Positions 7,384-12,268 of a stretch of 12,268 nt of DNA are shown piece after piece. A program made the position numbers and the translations under genes. Below the pieces are notes generated by a model. It did not search any database, was not told where the DNA came from, and was given only the letters and a program-made list of their open reading frames with translations. This DNA is from Thermoproteota archaeon (GTDB lineage: Archaea > Thermoproteota > Thermoprotei > Thermofilales > B9-G17), in assembly GCA_029258885.1 (NCBI GenBank), contig JAPDJW010000005.1, forward strand, positions 1 to 12,268, read 5' to 3'. Each line of letters opens with the position of its first letter. Positions within the stretch are counted from its first letter, which is position 1.

Positions 7384-8089
7384 ACCTGAAATAATAGTGA
7401 TCTCCTGCTTTACTGTATATAAATACCTTATTGGTCAAAGCCATTAAGTATCTTCTCAGCTCCTCAAGTATCCTAACGTTTCCCCTTAAGTGTATTGGTA
7501 CAAGCAATTTAGGTTTAAGTATCTTAGCTACATCCTCTATACCGCCAAGCTTTTCACAAACCATACATATGGGTGTAAACGCGATATCAACCCTGCTATA
7601 CGATCTATTTATCTTCACGAGTATGCTATAGAACTTTCTCTCGATGATTTTGTTAATTTCATCCGAAAGCTCCTCTCTAATCCAGTAGGCGTTGTCGCCT
7701 GAAAAATATATCCTTACATCATCAGCCTCTATAACGTAGGATACGCCTATATCGCTGCTGTCGAAAGCTGTAATATTCAGTCCATTTATCCTAACCCTAT
7801 CTCCCGGTCTAACTATATGGTATTCTATCTTAGGCTCACCGTACTGCTCATATATATCGTAGGATATAATGCATCTAGCCCTTTCTGCTATAGATGCAAG
7901 CTTATGGTATTCTGGGTTGTAGTGATCCGTGTGTGAGTGGCTGAACATGAGGATGAGCTCTCTATTTCTCACTAGCTTCTCCAGAATAATCTTTGCGTCT
8001 TCAGCTAGCCCCTGGGGATAGTCTAGAAGCAGTACCCTATTGCCTTTCTCTATCGTGAAGCAGCTATGGTAGATGTAGGTTATTCTGAT
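7382..8089 (-). CDS. Metallo-beta-lactamase-fold hydrolase
   Basis: HxHxDH motif (SHSHTDHY), YFSGDN and LVPIH. The frame extends upstream of the track start (7972) through the family-typical first strand IRITYIYHSCFTIE up to an in-frame TGA at 8098-8096. Proposed start is ATC 8089, which is non-canonical. Confidence 0.8.
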   Translation of the reverse strand: MRITYIYHSCFTIEKGNRVLLLDYPQGLAEDAKIILEKLVRNRELILMFSHSHTDHYNPEYHKLASIAERARCIISYDIYEQYGEPKIEYHIVRPGDRVRINGLNITAFDSSDIGVSYVIEADDVRIYFSGDNAYWIREELSDEINKIIERKFYSILVKINRSYSRVDIAFTPICMVCEKLGGIEDVAKILKPKLLVPIHLRGNVRILEELRRYLMALTNKVFIYSKAGDHYYFR

Positions 8090-8631
8090 ACCTGCTCACC
8101 CTCGAGCCTTATAACCATCTCACAGTACTTATCTCCATCAAACATTGTTTTAGTTAACTCAGCCTTAAGCTTCGGATTTATCACCTTTAGAACCTCTGCT
8201 ACAAAGTCCATATGTATCTTCCTGCAATCCCATTTATCAGTCATATCGAGCCTCTTCATAGCATTCCAGTGGGAGCAGTCATATATTATTCCTACAGCCT
8301 CATTATATGTGAGCTTAGTTATCCTATGTTTAAACCCTAGAAACAGGGCGAAAACACTAAAGACTTTCATTGCGGTATCAGCTCCATCCCCCTCCAACCC
8401 AAGCTCATCCATAACCATCTTAACGCTCTCAGAGGCAAGCTTCCTCCACACACCCCTAACGGTGTTTAAGGTTTCCTCCCAGCCAAGCTTCTTGGCAAGA
8501 GCTTTCTCTATAGCTAGAAGCGAGATAGAGTTCGCCTCCACAGACTTCTCATAGAGTATACCACACGGTATCCAGGCATAGCCCCTAATCTTTATCGGCA
8601 AATTGAGGATGATAAATTTCTTTAATCCCAT
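8080..8631 (-). CDS. V4R / L-2-amino-thiazoline-4-carboxylate hydrolase-like protein
   Basis: Helical N-terminus, then IIYDCSHW, DCRKIH and AELTKTMFDGDKYCEMVIR: the Cys/His pattern and C-terminal motif of the V4R/ATC-hydrolase-like fold. GGAGG lies upstream of ATG 8631. Confidence 0.65.
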   Translation of the reverse strand: MGLKKFIILNLPIKIRGYAWIPCGILYEKSVEANSISLLAIEKALAKKLGWEETLNTVRGVWRKLASESVKMVMDELGLEGDGADTAMKVFSVFALFLGFKHRITKLTYNEAVGIIYDCSHWNAMKRLDMTDKWDCRKIHMDFVAEVLKVINPKLKAELTKTMFDGDKYCEMVIRLEGEQVSE

Positions 8632-8691
8632 ACTGTCATCCTCCAGTTACTTAAGTTCCTCAGCCATCTTAAATCTTAGCTTCCAACAGCA

Positions 8692-8699
8692 TATTTAAA
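8692..8699 (-). promoter_or_regulatory. TATA box TTTAAATA
   Basis: Lies 24 nt upstream of ATG 8667, which is in frame with the 8631 gene. Confidence 0.5.
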
Positions 8700-9075
8700 C
8701 TACACATCCATAGTTGTCCTCATACCTCATCATTACAGCATACAACACTGTTGGCTTCAATCTATGGCCGAAAATATTTGATACTGGAAAGAGGCGAAAA
8801 CGTGGGTTTAAGATTAAAACGAATTTTAAATCTGATAGTATGTTACTCCTCAGAAGGGAGACGTTTATGTCACCCAATGACTGTGTCAAATGGAAAAACC
8901 ATATAGCTGGATATTTAAATAGAGTTTAGAAAGCTAGGGATACCGCTAAGGTCAGCTGGAATCATATTCGCATCTATACTAGCCGATATTTCTGTACAAT
9001 TAAAAGTTCTCCTCCTCTTGACGCTATATTTATTTCCTTAAATGAATATATTTATATTGAACATGGGTGTATCTA

Positions 9076-11991
9076 ATGAGACCTTTAATATTAATGCTAG
9101 TAATTATTACGTTTTCATGTCTATTTAATCTCGAAACTGGAATGTGTCTCAATAGTGAATGTGATATTATTAGAGGATACGTCATTGATGTTTTATTGAA
9201 TAAACCTGTTGAAGCTTCCTGCTATTTATCGATCCACGTATTCGGAAAATATAGATTTGAAGTGCTCGATGTTTCGGTTAATAACGGCTCTTTTGAAGTT
9301 AGACTCGATGAAAGCATGGATATTGTGAGTATTGAGGTCTCCCTGCACTGTGAGGGCTACTTCCCTACTAAAGTTGAGTTCAAGAATCCAAGGGTGGTTA
9401 ACCGAACCATAACCTTGATAATATATACCTTCCCTATATCCTATATTGAGGTACGATCCTTTGGCAGGATAGTTGAAGCCTTCGGCGTAGAAGGGAATCT
9501 AATTCTTACATTATTTGATATGCAATTAATAGCTGAGCTTAAGATTGAGCTTCGGACAGACAATACGATGCTTAAGGACATCTACGACAAATACATAGAG
9601 GATCTTCTATCGAGAGATGGTAAACGTTTTTGGTTGAATAAACGTTTCCCCCTAAGCATATACGTTCCATCGCAAGTTCCATTCAACATTAGGCTTAACG
9701 TGCCGTTATTCGAGGGAAGCTATACACTGGAGTACGTGAACATAACCTTAGATAGAGGCGAAACTTTAGTCCTTGAGATCTCTATGCTTGAGTGTAAGGT
9801 AGGCTACGGTGCTTCGAACTTTCAGCTATATGTCACAGAAAAGCTTTATCAAAACTACTTCCGCAGATACGGGTTGAGGATAGGGTGGATAGAGGATATC
9901 TTAAAGTACGCTGATACGGCAATTAAAAAGGCTAAGGGTGAAATGGAGGAGGGACTCTTATCTAAAGCCTACCATAGGCTTAAGCTAACCCATGCTAGAA
10001 TACGGAAAATATATCAGATTCTCAGGTTCAAGTATGCAAGATCATATACGAGCAACTTCATCCTAATGCTCCTAGCGGGAGCGGTATCAATTATGGTAAT
10101 GCTCCTCCTCTCATTTAAGAGGCGGATTTATTGGTTACTGGCATCCCTTGTATCTAACTTAGCGCTAATAGGGGTACTGTATATAGGCTATTCATCCTTC
10201 AGGTTCTTCATCCACACATTAGACCCCTATACTCTCATATCCACAGTCCTACAGCCCTGGATACTAGCTGCAGTATATCTAGCTATCCCTCCACTCCGAG
10301 GCCTACTAGCCCCTCTCTCATCCTACCTTAAGATAGCTTTAGATGGATTAAGTAGGAGGACTATGCCGAACCTACTGCTTCTCGCATCCGTGATGATATT
10401 CTCCTACAGCTTCTACACAATAGTTACGCCGCTAGTATATGCTGGCGTCACAACTCACGTATATAGATGCAGCGGTATAGAGGGGATTTCAATCAGGAAA
10501 TGTACACACTACGATATGGCGGTGAAATGTATACGCGAATCCTTCAACGTATCGGATATAGCTGTGAAGCTTGAAAGCCCAGTTAGAATAGTGGATGGAG
10601 TAGCCCATAAAATACCGGTATGCGATGAATCGGGGCTTAGGAGATCCTATATCCTATCGGTGATGGGCATCAACTATCCCACGGAGAGTAGGTATACGGA
10701 TCTCGATAAGGCATTAGTAGCTGGACACATACCCAATATATACGAGGATATGCACGTAGCCCTAACTCTGGACGTGGTCGAGGAACTTAACCTGACGTTA
10801 GGCGACATAATCTACTGTGGCCCGTATAAACTAATTCTCTGCGGTATCCTCCTACCGGAAGCCCTAAGCATGCTCAGGGACATAGACTGTACCCCGATAA
10901 CTCCACCCATCTATAGGATAACTACAATACGTGAAGCTGGCATGGCGCCATACTATGGAGAGCTTAAAGTTAGGCGTGTTGTCAGGTTCGCCGGATACTC
11001 CGATGGAAGTAGACTCATGATTACAAACCTTAGGACTGCGAAAATCCTTGGAGCACGCCTTAGCTTAAAAATCTCCTGTTCAAGAATAAACCTAGTCCTT
11101 AATAACCGAAGCCAGCTAAGCGAGCTTATAGGCGATGCCATTAACGTGTGGAACTCAACAATACGTGTCTCCGATGGGAGCACGTGTACCGAATATAGCT
11201 GGAGAATAGTATATATGGTTAAGGGTTTAAATGAGATCCTAGTCCTAGCTACAATATTATCATTAATATTAACTAATACAATATATTCCCTCTACTACCA
11301 TAGGTCTAGGGAGATGAGGCTCCTATGGATACTCGGTGCATCTCCCACCAGAGTTAAGGCAATATACTCTATAGAGGCAATGCTAATGATAGCTCCTGGG
11401 CTAGCCCTCGGAACGATCCTATCATTCTCCTCCCTGAGATTACTCGCCGATATTCTCGGGGTGGAGGTTTTAGATAAGCCTGAGCCATCATGGATTATCT
11501 GTGGAATGCTGTTGGGGACTGCTGCGTCGTTAACTCCATTAATTCTAGTAGTTAGGAGAGCTACTAGACCACTACTCTTTAAAAGGTTTCCATTAAGCTG
11601 GACTAAGGAGTATAGGAGGCGCGATATGGTATCAATACCGCTGTTGGTAAAGGATCCGAGCGACTTCATAAACTATTTATCTACAGTTCTAGCTAAAAAC
11701 TACAAAATACTGTATGGAACGATTGAGATGCACGTATCGTTTAGCAAGCTTAAATATTCTCTAGCTAAAAAGGGATTTAGAGTAGATTTTAAGGCTAAGA
11801 TCGCATCTACAGATATTAACATTGACGTATTTTGTAAGCTCTTAGGCTGGAAGAGTAGGGATGGATACATACTATCCCTACATTTAACTAGGCCTGAGAG
11901 ATACGAGAGGATGGCGGATACAATAGTTGGCGGATTTATGAGGAAGATATGTATAGCCTACGGAGCAAAGAGGCAGATTAAAATATCCTAG
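9076..11991 (+). CDS. Giant FtsX/MacB-like ABC permease-family membrane protein
   Basis: Signal/TM N-terminus, ~300-aa extracellular region, three extra TMs, then a MacB-type TM, large loop and FtsX core (HRSREMRLLWILGASPTRVKAIYSIEAML) and a soluble C-terminal domain. GGTGT plus 5 nt favours ATG 9076 over GTG 9067. Confidence 0.8.
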   Translation: MRPLILMLVIITFSCLFNLETGMCLNSECDIIRGYVIDVLLNKPVEASCYLSIHVFGKYRFEVLDVSVNNGSFEVRLDESMDIVSIEVSLHCEGYFPTKVEFKNPRVVNRTITLIIYTFPISYIEVRSFGRIVEAFGVEGNLILTLFDMQLIAELKIELRTDNTMLKDIYDKYIEDLLSRDGKRFWLNKRFPLSIYVPSQVPFNIRLNVPLFEGSYTLEYVNITLDRGETLVLEISMLECKVGYGASNFQLYVTEKLYQNYFRRYGLRIGWIEDILKYADTAIKKAKGEMEEGLLSKAYHRLKLTHARIRKIYQILRFKYARSYTSNFILMLLAGAVSIMVMLLLSFKRRIYWLLASLVSNLALIGVLYIGYSSFRFFIHTLDPYTLISTVLQPWILAAVYLAIPPLRGLLAPLSSYLKIALDGLSRRTMPNLLLLASVMIFSYSFYTIVTPLVYAGVTTHVYRCSGIEGISIRKCTHYDMAVKCIRESFNVSDIAVKLESPVRIVDGVAHKIPVCDESGLRRSYILSVMGINYPTESRYTDLDKALVAGHIPNIYEDMHVALTLDVVEELNLTLGDIIYCGPYKLILCGILLPEALSMLRDIDCTPITPPIYRITTIREAGMAPYYGELKVRRVVRFAGYSDGSRLMITNLRTAKILGARLSLKISCSRINLVLNNRSQLSELIGDAINVWNSTIRVSDGSTCTEYSWRIVYMVKGLNEILVLATILSLILTNTIYSLYYHRSREMRLLWILGASPTRVKAIYSIEAMLMIAPGLALGTILSFSSLRLLADILGVEVLDKPEPSWIICGMLLGTAASLTPLILVVRRATRPLLFKRFPLSWTKEYRRRDMVSIPLLVKDPSDFINYLSTVLAKNYKILYGTIEMHVSFSKLKYSLAKKGFRVDFKAKIASTDINIDVFCKLLGWKSRDGYILSLHLTRPERYERMADTIVGGFMRKICIAYGAKRQIKIS

Positions 11992-12007
11992 TCCAGCTAT
12001 ATATGGC

Positions 12008-12205
12008 ATGGGAAGGCTCAGCTTCCCTACGGTAAAGCTTAGAGGACACGATGTACCTAGGGTAATGCTGGGTACATCTCCGTTTATAGCAGCTGGCCAG
12101 TTTGGAAGGAGAGCCTACGAATATTACGTCAGATTCGTACTAAATCCAGCCAATATAGTTAAGATAATGGAATACTGCCTAAACATGGGAGTAGCTGGGA
12201 TATAA
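12008..12205 (+). pseudogene. Aldo/keto-reductase-like TIM-barrel protein, N-terminal 65 aa only
   Basis: TVKLRGHDVPRVMLGTSPF...MEYCLNMGVAGI matches the AKR-like first beta-alpha unit. It stops exactly where the base composition jumps. Confidence 0.6.
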
Positions 12206-12268
12206 CCCGCGAGCTGCTTCCCCATCACCCGCACGCCCTTTCCCCCGGTGAGGCCGACGGGCTTTATC
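12206..12268 (-). other. purD: Internal fragment of phosphoribosylamine-glycine ligase (ATP-grasp), high-GC origin
   Basis: The minus strand from 12267 reads IKPVGLTGGKGVRVMGKQLA, the archaeal PurD KPxGLTGGKGV loop. 44 of 63 bases are G/C. Confidence 0.8.

Noticed and set aside
6641-7702. Short ORFs inside the ThiF and MBL genes (6641-6976, 6973-7179, 6989-7174, 7043-7258, 7431-7631, 7490-7702)
   Set aside because: Alternate-frame or antisense by-products with no independent coding signal.
8066-8554. 162-aa plus-strand ORF
   Set aside because: Antisense to the V4R-like gene, which has the motif, RBS and operon context.
8647-8649. In-frame stop read as selenocysteine or pyrrolysine recoding
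   Set aside because: The codon is TAA; Sec uses TGA and Pyl uses TAG.
8695-8929. ORFs 8695-8889 (-) and 8714-8929 (+)
   Set aside because: They overlap each other, have no clear RBS or family motif, and are not supportable as genes.
10953-11669. Minus-strand ORFs 10953-11183 and 11295-11669
   Set aside because: Antisense shadows of the permease.
12206-12268. GC-rich tail read as a structured RNA (SRP, RNase P, rRNA), intron end or IS terminus
   Set aside because: No matching conserved motifs; a clean PurD reading frame with third-position GC bias explains it.

Overview
Archaeal window, roughly 40% GC by eye, with AGA/AGG and ATA codons, GGTGA/GGAGG Shine-Dalgarno motifs and TATA boxes ~21-24 nt before apparently leaderless starts; probably a thermophilic TACK-group organism (inference). 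In order it holds: a dead VapBC locus; an SPL-like radical SAM gene followed by a broken AlkD-like HEAT-repeat gene; an intact AbrB-PIN (VapBC) pair; a DeoD-type nucleoside phosphorylase; a secreted protein split from its membrane anchor by a T7 tract; an iron-containing ADH divergent from a ThiF/MoeB (E1-like) gene; a V4R/ATC-hydrolase-like gene coupled to a metallo-beta-lactamase-fold gene that appears to start at ATC; a giant FtsX/MacB-like permease with no ATPase beside it; and an aldo-keto-reductase-like gene cut at ~12205 by a 70% GC, reverse-strand fragment of purD, most likely an assembly chimera. There are no rRNA, tRNA, CRISPR or recognisable transposase sequences. I cannot show a complete new system here. 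The best leads are the orphan giant permease, the homopolymer-controlled anchor, the putative ATC start and the SPL/AlkD repair pair. The many small lesions could be real gene decay or sequence error.
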